Assembly (NCBI RefSeq): GCF_009834535.1
Contig: NC_045707.1
Coordinates: forward strand, 54,686,001-54,750,000
Source: Camelus ferus
Taxonomy: Eukaryota
DNA length: 64,000 nt
Reading direction: 5' to 3'
Shown piece after piece: positions 12,250 through 24,808 of the stretch. The notes under the pieces are model-generated. The model searched no databases, had not been told where the DNA came from, and saw only the letters and a list, made by a program, of their open reading frames with translations. Both the position numbers and the translations under genes were made by a program. Within the stretch, counting starts at the first letter, position 1, and the number at the start of each line of letters is the position of its first letter.

Positions 12250-12381
12250 CATCTGGTAACATTCTCCTCCTGGCTTCATCCAAATAGGCACCACATTTGC
12301 ACCTGCTCTCCAGCAGCTGACAGTTGTCAGCCACACACCTGGGCTGACTCTTCTCCCATTAACCACCACAAACCACAGCTG
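12250..12381. promoter_or_regulatory. Candidate enhancer/promoter: E-box, RUNX and TALE motif cluster
   Basis: Seven CANNTG boxes, three ACCACA sites and the palindrome TGACAGTTGTCA in 132 bp of unique sequence. Confidence 0.45.
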
Positions 12382-13489
12382 AGTACTCAAAATTGTTTTA
12401 AACTTACACTACATTTTTACAGTGTGTTTGGATAACAGATACTGCTTTTCTCTTTGTGTTTGAAGTTCTTTCTCTACTGAAAGGAAAAAAAAATACCATG
12501 CCAACTTTAAGTTTCTCACCAGCCTGAAATGGGAAATTTTATTGAGAAATTAACTTGAATAATAGAAATTAAAGAGATGCAACTCCTTACAAAAGTGGGT
12601 TTGTGGCCTATGATTTATATTTACGATACTATTAAATTTTTTTGAAAGAAACCATCTTATAATTCTTTCTTGTTCTCATTCTTATTTAATGATCACATTT
12701 TATTATTTCTTTAGAAATACTTTAAAGGAGAAAATTTTTAATCTTCTCTAGTGGATACACAATGCAGTCAGTTTATCCATGTTTCATACTCAAAATCTAC
12801 ATAATTCCAGATTGAAATTTCCATTTGAATACAAAGAATGAGTATGTGCGTGTATTTGCACATGCTCATTCATAGAGAAAATAAATCTAAAAGCATTAAT
12901 ATATTTTTCTCTTTGGTACTGATTTCTATTCATGCAGCATTCTCTCATATTCTGCAGTGTGTGATTCCTGAAATAAACTACACAGTGTATAATGATGTCA
13001 TTTGTCCTCTTCATTAGCTTATATAGCATCTAAATTTCTCTCTAAAGTTACTGGGTATTAAGCACGTTTTTAGCATCAGACTCATAAAGTAATGAGTGCT
13101 CAGATGACATTATTATAAGATATTTTAAATTATATAATGATATAGAAATAATAGCAAAAGAAAAAACAAATCCCTTACTGAAGTACTGATGCACATAAAC
13201 AACATCAGGGCAGATTCTACAGTTTTCTTTCAAACTGATTCCACAAAGTGAAAATACAGGACATATCGTTTGCTTGGTCTCTGATATTTGAAATTACTCA
13301 AATTCTGGAGTGTTTAAATTTGAGGGACTTGTATAATTAAAGAATATGCATAGAAAGTGAAATTTATTAATATTTTATTGTATAATTTAAAGCTCACATC
13401 ATTTTATATATATTTAAAATTCACTTTATATAGTTTTTACCTATCAGCAATTATTCAGCTCTCTCTTGATTGCTATACTCAAAAGAATT

Positions 13490-13997
13490 CCACTGGGTTT
13501 CCTACCCATCTCAATGCTCAGCAATGTGACTGAGTGGAACTGACCCCAATCCAATATAGGGACAGAACATACTTGGCTTAAACCAGTTATATAGTCTATC
13601 CTTAAGTAAAGATGATGTAATGAATACTACGAAATCAATAAGACAGTGAAACGAGAGACCTTTCTTCCTGATGCTGTCAGGAAAAAGCAGCTCTCAGTTC
13701 CTCTCAGATTAGATGGCACACAGGTATAAGACGTGAAGTTGTTGCCATCAGTGTAACACTACAGGCTAGTACAGGGAATTAATGCACAGGTAGATACAGA
13801 CCCAAGACAGAGCAACCGGGTATAATTATGTTATTATAACTGATTCATCATTATAACTGATTTAAAGACTCTTGGAACTAACCAGTTCTTCTCCTGAACT
13901 TTCAGCTTATATGAGAGAGGAAGTTCCATTTTTCTGAGTAAACATACTGAATTTTATTTTATCCTATTTGCAATTGAAAATCACATATTCCAATGAC
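13490..13997 (+). mobile_element. Old MaLR solo LTR (MLT1K-like)
   Basis: GGAACTGACCCCA..., TGGCTTAAACCAG, CTCCTGAACTTTCAGCTTATATGAG...TTCCATTTTTCTG...CTATTTGCAATTGAAAA resemble MLT1J/K. Confidence 0.6.
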
Positions 13998-14029
13998 CAA
14001 ATCTTTAAATTTTCTTTCATCTGCTTCTA

Positions 14030-15992
14030 TTTGCTCCATTTTAACATTCATTATTATAACAGAATAAATGTTCCTCCTCCTATCAAACAACAAACCCTCC
14101 ATTTGTTCTCTGGATCACATCTCTCTCAACTTCTCAACAAGTTCTTCAGTTAATTCCCTCAGTCACAGCATTCATTTTTCCCCTTTTCTATAATTCCTGC
14201 ACTAAAACTTTCCAGTATCTCCCATCTTAAAGAATAATCACCAAAAAAAACAAAACAAAACAAAACAAAAACCTTCCCTTATCCTTACATCATCCTCCAA
14301 ATGCCATTAAATTGCTCTGTGTTTTAGCAAAGAGTGGAGGTACTGTTTACACTGTTACTAAGTATTTACTTCTCTTTTTGGAACACTCCAATCTAGCCCT
14401 CATCCTTACCACTTTATTTCAAAGCACCACTTTACAGTCAACACAAATCATCCTCCTTTCCTCTGTCCTCTGTTGCAGTATAAAGGACTAGACACACTTT
14501 TTCTTCTTACCTTATAGGATTCTGCTTATTGTATTTTGTTGTGACATCTCTACATTTTAACATGCTTCTGAGATCAATTCTGGTTTCCTTTTCCTTGCCT
14601 TCCTTTTTACTAATTTCTTCTCTTACATCTATTCTTTTCTCTCTTTTCTCTCTCTCTCTTTCTCTTTTTTTCTACTGACACGGTCTTTTTAGGCATTTTA
14701 CTTAATCCTAACATGTCAAATGATGACCATATTGGTGCTCTCAAAATGTGTACGTCAAGCTAATACTTGATCGCTGGCCTCCAAGTTCATAGTCTAACTG
14801 TCCACTTGACAGTCATTCCAACAACACACATTAACTAAGCACCTATAAGATGCCAGGCACCCTTTTTGGTGCTTGGGATACATCATTAAAAAAAACAAAC
14901 GATACAGCAGGGTCAGAAAACTTTTTCTGTAAAGGACCAGACAGAAAACATTTTCTGCTTTGCAGACCATAAATCCCCTATTGCAATTCTCCTGGTGTAG
15001 CAAAGAAGCAGTCAAAGGCAATACGTAAGCAAATAGGAGTGTCTGTGTTTTAATAAAACTTTTCTTACAAGACCAGGTAGTGGGCTATCTTTGGCCCATA
15101 GCGAACTGACATTGGTTCACCAGGGGGACTCTCTTATAAAATTACCCATGGATATTTCAAATATCTCTTATAGAATTACCCATGGGTATCTCAAATACCT
15201 CATATTTAAAACAGAACTCTTTATTTTCCCTGTCATAGGTTTTTCTTCTTCAGTCTTTACAAACTCAATAAATGGTATCAGCTTTAATTCATTAATTCCA
15301 GCAAAAAATAAATTAGCATTGACTTTATATCTCTCTTTCTTCTTACTATCAACATTCAGTTTCTCAATAAGTCATGCAAATTCTGTCTCCAAAATGTACC
15401 TCATATCCATCCATTTCTTTACATCTCCAGATCACTAATAATTTTCACTAGCCTGCTGCAAGCAATGCCTTATTTTACTCGCTACTTTATCCCTTTCCCT
15501 CCCCATGCATCCTCCACAGAGCAGTAGAATGGCATTTTAAAAACATAAGCCAAAATTATTATTCTATTGCAAACCATTCAATAAATTCTCTTTGCCCTTT
15601 GAAATAATTTCAAATGTGTATGATCCCAATATTACTGGAATTCTTTAAGTTTCCTAAATACACCAAGGTCTTTCCTGTCTAGTGGAGCTTGCATCCACTA
15701 TTTCCACACCTGGAATATTCTTCACCAGGTTCTTTGCATGACTAGCTCCTTGTATATCTTTGCTAAAGTGCTGTGAATTTTATCTCCTATGCCAATTTCT
15801 ATCATATTATTATGTTTATTTATTTTCTAACCCTTATCACAATCTAATTATTCATGAGTTTATTATTGTTCTCTTCCTCTGGTATTTAAGATCTTCAAGT
15901 ACAGGGTCCTGGTTTACCACAGAATCCCTACCGCCACCAAGCATAATGCCTAAGAGACAATAAATATTTAAAAGCTGGGTGAATAAATGAAT
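14030..15992 (+). mobile_element. Long decayed L2, interrupted by an antisense L2 3' end (about 14800-14900) and MER58A
   Basis: Pyrimidine-rich L2 ORF2/3' UTR motifs (CTCAAATACCTCATATTTAAAACAGAACTC; ACAGAGCAGTAGAATGGCATTTTAAAAAC), ending AATAAATATTT...GAATAAATGAAT. Confidence 0.7.
14905..15101 (+). mobile_element. MER58A (hAT-Charlie MITE)
   Basis: CAGCAGGGTCAGAAAACTTTTTCTGTAAAGGACCAGA...TTTGCAGACCATA...AATAAAACTTT...TTTGGCCCATAG. Confidence 0.85.
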
Positions 15993-16094
15993 CTATCTTT
16001 AGTAAAGAAATTGCAAAGTAATTTTGTTTCTTCATGTTTCTTTATAATGCAAGATTCCATTAGTTATTTTATCAGTTTATTCATTAGTTATTTG

Positions 16095-17230
16095 AATTAT
16101 TCATTCAATAAATATTAACCAAAACAGTAGAGTTTCTCAGTCTCAGCACTACTGACATCTTGGGTTGGGCTGGATGGTTCTGTCTTGTGGGGGCTGCCTG
16201 GTGAATTATAGGATGCATAGCAGTATCCTTCTTTATCACTGGGTATTAGGAGCATCTAATTCCTCACCCAACCACGTAGGTGTGACAACTATAAATCTCC
16301 CCAAACATTTCCAAATGTGTCCTGGGAGGGAAAAAATTCACATCTCTCCCTCAGCCCCCACCCCTGCCAACTGAAAACCACAATGAAGAGATACCTGTTG
16401 CAGCCTACATATTTTGCTAGATGCTGAAATTACAAAATAAATGAACAGCTTTCTTGTTGCTCTCAAAAAACCAAAATCTAGTAGGAAACAGAGATACTGA
16501 ACTAGTATTTTACATAAGTGCTATGAAGATGTACAGCACAAAATTAAAAGTATGCAACAAGGAAATTTAACCTAAACCAAGGGCTGAGAAAAGCTTCCCT
16601 TCAAGAAGGGATTGTAAGCAGAAATATTAGTGTTCAGAAGGCTAATTAGAGATTGAAAAAGGGGAGTGAGTATAGAAGAAAAGAGCACTCCAGACAGAGC
16701 AAGAACCATGTAGAAGAACAAAGTATGGCCCATTGAAGGAAGTGAAAACAAAATGACAGTCTACCTAAAATATAGAGGGCAATCCATCACATGAAACCTG
16801 AAGAGGCCAGCAGGTGCCACATTATATTTATGCAGGTGCATTCCATTGAGATATGTGACTTTATTCTACAAAAGTCATGAAAGGTTAGAAACATGATCAG
16901 ATATGAATTTCAAAACTTTGCTCTGAATTGTCTGAATAAAACTTCTGAGTAGGAGAAAGAGGGCCTATAAAGCGAATAGAGAGGGCACAAAGTGGTGTTT
17001 CAGATGCCAGGTAATGGTGAAAGGAGTGGAAAGGGAGAGAAGTGGGTGGAAATGAGAAAACTGTTGAGTGTGAATTAACAGATGTCAGGGGCCGAGGATT
17101 AAAGAACCATGATATAAGCAACTGAGCAGATGGTGGTATTCTGTTATAGTTAATGCTAGGTCTGCATACCCAAACTAATATAGAGAGTATCTCAGAAGTC
17201 ATAAATATAGCTTTATGGAAAAATAAACTC
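16095..17230 (-). mobile_element. L2 3' region split by a MER20 insertion
   Basis: TCATTCAATAAATATT before MER20; L2 antisense motifs resume after 16385 (GCTAGATGCTGAAATTACAAAATAAATGAACAG...GAGCACTCCAGACAGAG). Confidence 0.6.
16125..16383 (-). mobile_element. MER20 (hAT-Charlie MITE), near full length
   Basis: CAGTAGAGTTTCTCAGTCTCAGCACTACTGACAT...GTGACAACTATAAATCTCCCCAAACATTTCCAAATGTGTCCTGGG...CTGAAAACCAC. Confidence 0.88.
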
Positions 17231-17304
17231 TTCATATTGATAATTTATGACATTTAAAATTTTTGCTCTTTTGATTTATTGTCATTGTTATATCATTCTA
17301 TTAT

Positions 17305-17855
17305 TCATTATCTGTTACTGCCTAACTTTATTACAGATTCAATGATTAAAACTATGGTAAAATACATATATTTTATGGTATCTATTGGTTAGGAATTTAG
17401 GCATGACTTAGTTGAGTCCTCTTATTCAGGACCTCTCATAAGGCTGGAAACAAAGTGTTAGCCAGGGCTAGGGTCTTATCTGAAGGCCTGAGTGAGAAGT
17501 ATCTGCTTCCAAGCTCACTAGGGGGTTGCTAACAGAATTCAGATCCTTGTGGGCTGTTGAACTGAGAACCATAGTTTCTAACTGGGTGTTGGCTGAAATT
17601 TTTCCTTAGTTCCTTGTCACATGGGCCTTCCCACATGGCATCATAAAACTTCATCAAAGCCAACAAGACAGAGAATCTGCTAGCAAGACAAAAGTCATAA
17701 GCTTTTATAGCCCAATCATGAAAGTAACTCCCTCTCCTCTCAGTGTTTCTACATTCTCTTGTTTAGCATGGATTACTTAAGGGAAGATTATGTAAGGCCC
17801 TGAACACCAGAAGATTGGACACTTTTGGTGCCATCTTGGAAGTCTGTCTACCACA
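17305..17855 (-). mobile_element. MaLR solo LTR (MLT1F-like)
   Basis: GTTAGGAATTTAGGCATGACTTAG, ATCTGCTTCCAAGCTCAC, CAGAATTCAGATCCTTGTGGGCTG; ends GCCATCTTGGAAGTCTGTCTACCACA. Confidence 0.85.
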
Positions 17856-19209
17856 ACTTATATATTATTTTAAGCATTCAGGTTAAAATTAACACCATGA
17901 GAACAAGCTGGCATTTAAATGCATTAAGAGTCTAAAATAAATGTTTTGCTTAAAATTACTTCTTCCTAGAAATAACTTCATAAATTTTGGAGGCTAATAC
18001 ATAGCATGGACAAGGAGATATATGTTCTATATAGAACACACTAGTTGAATGGAAATGGTAAATTAAGAAAATATTTTCTTTAATTATAAAGCTATTTATA
18101 GCATTGGACTAGGGACTAGGCAGGATCTATGGAGAGGAGACAATGTTATGTCCCAGGGCTATAAATTTGAAAAGATACATTGTTTTAATTTTCTTTAAAA
18201 ATGCCACATTATTTCTTTTGAGAAACATTTCATTTTTGACTAGTCCTAAGTTCTTTGTAAAAGTCAGGACACTCACCATAACATCTTTTTGCTGAGTTTC
18301 TCATTTTATATAACTTCCTGCACATTGTTTGGAATTGATCTTAACAGACTTTAATCAGGTTCATGAAACTCTGTAAATTGTCAAGCATAAAATGTAATGT
18401 TTGACCCACCCATCTTAGAGCACTCAAAATGAACATAACTCATCTGGGGCAATAGCAACAAATGTTTAAGAATGTCTTTCTTTTTTCTACACTATCCTCA
18501 GTAGTTAGAGGGTTTTCAGAGGATGAAAACTTCCAGATCTTTTGCTTACCTTAACATGACATCTTATAATGGTGATATTTTCAGGTTATTGATGTTCAGC
18601 ATATATAATTTGAAATTTTTCATTAATATTTTCCCATTTTATTTCAAACTGATGTGTGAGCACTTAAATATTGTTTTGTCACTCCCAAAACACATTTTTT
18701 AAGCTTTAAAAAAACTCAGTTCTACTTCATAGTTCATTTCAGTAAGAAGTTTTCCATGTAAGTAACTCAGAAAAGGGCTATTAGTTTTAAATATCAGTTT
18801 CTACATTCTGTATTATTCCTGAATGTCAGGTCAGCATTGCCAATTTTGTGATTTAATTATTTGATCCATGATGTCAGACACTTATTATAAATAATGAACA
18901 GTACTTCCTTTCATCTAAAGCAAATGTTATTCATATGGAAATTGTCCAATTTGGAATTTTACAAGGAGGGAAGTATGATAATTTATTAGATTTCTTCTAA
19001 CTTTGCTCATGTCCAGCAATGTGCAATGCATACTGTTAAATATTGTCATTATAAGTCAGTAAGATAGTAGTCTCAGGTTAACAGACTTGGCAAAATTTCT
19101 AAGTTTTAAGACTCTCTCCATTTACATTTCCACAAACTAAAAATATTAACAAGTCAAACCATCTATTTAAAAAAATGTTTGCTAGTGTTGAACTGCGAAT
19201 GCTATGTTA

Positions 19210-20230
19210 ACAAGGGGATCTAGTGAAAAAAAAATCTTGAATTTCAGTAATTTTACTTGCTGTCAAAAAATAGGTAAAAGAGACCAACACTGAATTTCTA
19301 AAAGTTCTTTAAAAGAAAACTACAAGAGATCCAGACTTTCATCATCAAAGAGAGAGGGTATGGAGGAAAGTTTGTAGGGGAGAAGTGAGAGCTATCAATC
19401 ATGGTGGGGCAAAACGGAAACATGCCCAATGCTGAGAAGGGGATAATGGTTTATTCCTTACAGCAGGAGCTGAGCCCAGTAGAAGAGTGCCACTGTGGGG
19501 GGGGGGGGTAGTGGGACTTCAGAAGGGAGTGGACCGTGGACTTTGGTGTGTCTAGGAAGTGGGGCTGTATAACATGGGGCTTTCCTGTCATAACAAAGAT
19601 TCCCAATGGACATTAAAGCAATGAAGACTTCTACCACCTGAGGACCATATGAACTTTCATAATTAATTAATCAAACTAGGGGACCTAGCTTCACTTGTAT
19701 TAACATGGGGAAGAGCTTCAAGACCTGAGGAAATGTAAAGAGAGGGAAAGTCAATCACAGAGGTTGTTTTCATTTTTGTTTGTTTGTTTGTTTTTTTAAT
19801 TATCTGGTAAGAGGGACCTAGGATCTGGGTTGAAGAGTAGGCAAAGGCAGATTTGATTAGGTTTAGAAAAACAGTCACCGAGGGATTTCCTTTTCAGCTG
19901 TTTAAAATCTATAATATTACTTTGAATGAATTTTGTTTGTATGTAATAGAGAAGTATAAAGAAGTATAATATAATCTTTGCCAATATGGAATATGTATGC
20001 TTGTAGAGAACAGAACAGTAACACATAAAAGATATAGCTCCCTGTAAAAGGTCTTGAATTATATAAGACAACTGAATAATACTGAAAATTATTGTCGCAG
20101 TAGTTGAAAGGAAAAGAAAGTACTTCAAACTGGTGAACCAAGAGAGCCTCCTACAGGCTAGAGGAGATGCTGTTTGAAATGGGATTTAAAAGGTGGGTCT
20201 TGTATCCTCCAAAAGAGAGAAGCAGAAAGA
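19210..20230 (+). mobile_element. Very old L1/HAL1-like 5'-ORF1 remnant
   Basis: A-rich strand; CTACAGGCTAGAGGAGATGC...GGGTCTTGTATCCTCCAAAA loosely resembles the ORF1 C-terminal ARR..W/ILYPAK coding segment. Confidence 0.35.
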
Positions 20231-20459
20231 CATAACTGAGTGATCGCTAGTAAGCAATAAAGGGCAGTAAGAATCATTTTGATAAACTGTCTTCTCAGTT
20301 AACTTGCAATTCCAGGAGTATATGATTGATACTTCGTTTTAAGATTGTTTTCATTTCTGTTTGTATTTTAGAGTTGAAAACTGAATCCAAAACAGGTAGT
20401 CTATTAGATCATTTTATTAATTGCTGTCAATCAATTCAAGGCATTAATTTAAATTAATT

Positions 20460-21513
20460 AGTTCAATTAGAGGGAGATACAGAGATTTCCTACATTCTCC
20501 CTTCCTCCAGACATGCATAGCCTCCTCTATTATTTACATCCCCCATAAGAGTGATACATTTAGTAAAACTGATGAACCTACACTGACGCATCATAATCAC
20601 CCAAAATCTATAGTTTACATTAGGGTTCACTGTTGGTGCTATACATTCTGTGAGTTTGGACAAATGTATAATGGCATGTATCCATCATTAAGACTATCAT
20701 ACAGGGGAGTTTCACTGCCCTAAAAATTCTCTGTGCTCTGCCTATTCACCTTTCCCCGTACAGCATATCCCTGGCCACTATTGATCTTTTTACTGTTTCC
20801 ATAGTTTTGCCGTTTCCAGAATGTCACTTAATTAGAATCATACAGTATGTAGCTTTTCAGAATGACGTATTTCACTTAGTAACATGTATTTAAGTTTCCT
20901 CCCTGTCTTTTCACGGCTTGATATGTCATTTATGTTTAGCATTGAATAATATTCCATTGTCTGGATGAACCACAGTTTCTTTATCCATTCATTGAAGAAC
21001 ATCTTGATTGCTTCCAAGTTTTGGTAATTATGAATAAAGCTGCTATGAACATCCTTGTGCAGGTTTTTATACAGACAAGAGTTCTCAACTCCTTTGGGTA
21101 AATATCAAGGAAGGAACACAACTGCTGGATTGCATGAAAAGAGTGTGTTTACTTTTACAGGAAAATGCCAAACTGTCTTCCAAAGTAGTTGTGTCATTTT
21201 GCACTCCCACCAGCAATGAATGAGAGTTCCTTTGCTCCACATTCTCACAGTAGTTGATGTTGTCAGTATTTTGGATTTTGGCCATTCTAATAGGAGTGTA
21301 GTAGTATCTCATTGTTGTCTTAACTTGCATTTCCCTGATGACATAGTATGTAGAGACTATTTTCATATGCATATCTACTATCTGTTTATCTTCTTTGGTG
21401 AGGTGACTCTTAAGGTCTTTAGACCATCTTTTAATTGGGTTGTTTGGTTTCTTATTGTTGAGTTCTAAGAGTTCTTTATATATTTTGGATAACAATCTTT
21501 TATCAGATGTGTC
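20460..21513 (-). mobile_element. L1MC1-like LINE: ORF2 3' end plus 3' UTR
   Basis: ORF 21085-21495 (KIYKELLELNNKKPNNPIKRW...IREMQVKTTMRYYYTPIRMAKI) is the L1 ORF2 C-terminus; UTR motif GATGAACCTACACTGACGCATCATAATCACCCAAAATCTATAGTTTACATTAGGGTTCAC. Confidence 0.92.
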
Positions 21514-21559
21514 AGGGACATCCTTTTTTAATTCTATGACCTGCTAGCAATAATTGTTT

Positions 21560-21982
21560 GAATCAACCAGGTCCAATCAGCCACCTAGCAACTAAACAGA
21601 TTCTCTTCTCCTCTCTTAATTTCTAAAAGACATCAAAATCAATCAGTTAATTCACAGTGGGAGGCTAACATGGAACAGAGTTAGCACAATGGTCTGCTCA
21701 GGACACATTCAAGCCCAAGTTATACTGTGTTCAGAAATATTGATTAAGCAGGAATGACAGTTTTCAAAGAAAGAAATTTAGTAAATTTGCACAGAGAAGT
21801 GACCAGAAGTGAAGAAATACAAAGAGAGTAACTTCTTCAGCAATAGGCTACCTCCTGGTTCCTTATTCCAGATCCTGAGGACATAGCTGTGTATTATTTT
21901 CTCTCATGATCCCTGCCTGTTTTATATAAGCTAGCCTGAGTGAGTTATGTTTCTTATGGCCCAAAGAACTTTGACTAGAACA
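21560..21982 (+). mobile_element. Old MaLR LTR remnant (3' end clearest)
   Basis: TAAGCTAGCCTGAGTGAGTTATGTTTCTTATGGCCCAAAGAACTTTGACTAGAACA resembles an old MLT1 3' terminus. Confidence 0.45.
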
Positions 21983-23445
21983 TGCAAGAGATTAATTCAA
22001 ATTACAAATGCATGGTTCACATTTCTTACGTAGTGGGGGGAAACAAAGCAATAGACTTTGAAGCAGAGGCTTACAAAAGAAAATAGATCCAGGCAAAAAG
22101 TTGACCTATGTCTACAATTTTGGTTCAGGCTTCTGGTCCAACATGGATGCCACTTTAACCAATCAACCTTAGGCTGGCTAAGGACTTGACATTTTCTTCC
22201 AGAAGTTGGGTTTTTTCATCGTTTGGTTAGAACTTAAAAAAATAAAAATAGAAAAGGATATTCATTGAAAAGTTGCTATGGTATCTCTGGGAACTCAGGG
22301 TCTAAGATATATGTCAGAAATAGAAACAAGCAGAGTACTGGGGAAACCAAGGAAGTTTCTCCTCTCTCAGTCCTGCTTCCCTCCCTCCATTTTGCAGTTT
22401 TCCCTCCTCCACTTCCCACCACTTGAATTCAAACTTCCTTTCACTTCTCTCTATATATTTGCTTTACTCATCTCTCTGGTTGTCAGTCACTTTTTCCTGC
22501 TTATTGGTCCGCATGACAAAATATGGCCAAGAACAGTTTTTGGATTTATCTATGTTCTGATTCAGCTACCTCAAGAGAGGAGATCTTTTTATTAGTTCCC
22601 GAGGAAACCAACCCCCCAAAATGAACACTTGTCATTGTACCCACTTTCTGAGTCCCTTTATAACAAGGGGCTGTCATTGAAAATATGTCTTATTTTGTGG
22701 TTTGTTCGTGAAATATCTTATATGGTACTTGCTATATACTGAACACATTATAAATGCAACCTCATCAAATAAGTTTTTACTTATTGCAGAGTTAACTTTT
22801 TGAAGGTAGATATTCTGTTTTATTAATCTTGTTATCTGTTCAACCTAAAGTAATAACTGCAAAAGCATGGAAACCACCCAATACATTTTTAAAAGTAAAT
22901 GAATAATATAATGGGAAAAAATAGTAGTTCATATCTGGTTTAAAGGGGCTAATCTTGTTTCCTATCTTACTTTTGCAAATGATTCTCTTCACTTCAAGAC
23001 TGGGGACCACTCTGGAAAACCAATTTCATGCCTGGGGTCATGTTAGCTATGGAGAGATTTCTTTGCTTACCTAGATTTCATGTATTGCTGCCTATATCTG
23101 CCTGCCTTTTTTGTGCTCTTCTGTTAAGGCACCATTTTCTTCCTTACCTGTGTCCTAATTTTATCCTCAGGGTACTATCAGTTATCCTTTCAAATTCTAT
23201 GTATATAGTCAAGATAACTAACTTGTATTGAATAAAAGAATGAATCAATAAAAATGGAAGAGTGAAGATGAGTTATATTTGTGGAAACAAACTACAATAT
23301 TCCTAAATATGATTTTTTGTAGGTACATTGAATTTTTTTTTGACTTGAATATTTCAAGATACAGAAGTGTTAGTTCGGTGTTCTTCTTTATATCTTTCAT
23401 CCCATGATACTTTTAATTATTTTAAAGGAAATGAGAGTACCATCA

Positions 23446-23581
23446 AATATATATATATCCATATATAGTATAAATGTATTATATATTACATGCAAACATA
23501 TATGTATATATTTATATATGTATATATATTTGTGTGTGTGTGTATATATATATGCATGTGTATATGTATATACATATATAA
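23446..23581 (+). repeat. Low-complexity (TA)/(TG) mosaic microsatellite
   Basis: Alternating purine-pyrimidine tract. Confidence 0.85.
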
Positions 23582-24808
23582 TTTTTTTCAACAGGACTTG
23601 ATATTATGTTTGTGGTTTAACAGAATATAAAATTTTCTTGTGGAAAAAATGTGGTGGACATTTGTTTTTTTTGCCAACAGATCTCTACTTTTCCTCTAGG
23701 TGATAACTCCTCTCCACTTGCAGCCATATGTTTACATGAAGCTGTCTGCCAAATGTGTCTACATGACACATTTGTTTTAATCCATATGTGCCATAAGTGT
23801 TATTATCATGTGTTATCAAAAGACTGAGCTTATTAAGAAGTATAAAAATTTGAAAAATTGGAAATACAGATGGCTTCTATTTATTGCTTCTGTACAGTGT
23901 TTATGAAATATGACTGGCATAAGCTTTCTAGTTTAAACCCAGTTTATTAACTAGAACAAATACAGCTGCATCAAAGATCCTTACAGTTAGTGTTTCAAAG
24001 CTTCTTTTATAGTTTTTAATTCTAAATACCCACAAAAGCCCCCAAAGGAAGGTTAAAGGGAAAAAGACAAAAGTATAGGATCAACAACGATGCTAGGTCT
24101 TGTGCTCCAACAACACCCGGGGCAACCTGTTGTCAAATTTGGACTGTTTGTTCTGGCAGAGAAAGAGTAACAAAAACCAAAGGTTTCTAAGTATGCTTGC
24201 AGCTTGCTGAGCTTAGCCAAGCCCTGTCTACTATCTTTTGGGTTGAGATCCTTGTAAATCTTACAACTGTTTTACTATGTAGCCATGTCAGAAGTGTGCA
24301 TGGACTCTTATTTCAAATCCCTCTGAATTCCTGGCTACCTATCACCAGTCAGGCCTTTCTAACCTTCCTTTGAAATGAAAAATAGTTTGAGATGTTCTTC
24401 TAGACATAACAATAGTGAAAAAGAAAAAGGTTGCAATAACAAAATTGTTTTAACAAAGGGAAAGGGCACAAGGTTGTCTTAGCCATTTGTGAACTACAGC
24501 TACAGAAGTTCGATGTTATTACTAATAGGTTATAGGAAGCAGTGAGGAGCATTACATGATGCTTAAAACCAGATTTGCAAACTTGGAACCAGTCCAATGT
24601 TTCTCCAATTCACTTGTGACACAAAGAGTGGAAAAACGTTTTGCTGATTTTTTTCCTCCCACAATGGCCATCTATAGTGCTGGAAGTTCCATCTCCATGG
24701 AGCTTAAGATAATTATTAATATTGTGTTAACTTACTATTGTTTCAGATCACTTGTAGTTCCAGTTAGTCATAAATGCTTAATATTTTATCATAAATGTGT
24801 TGTTTAAT

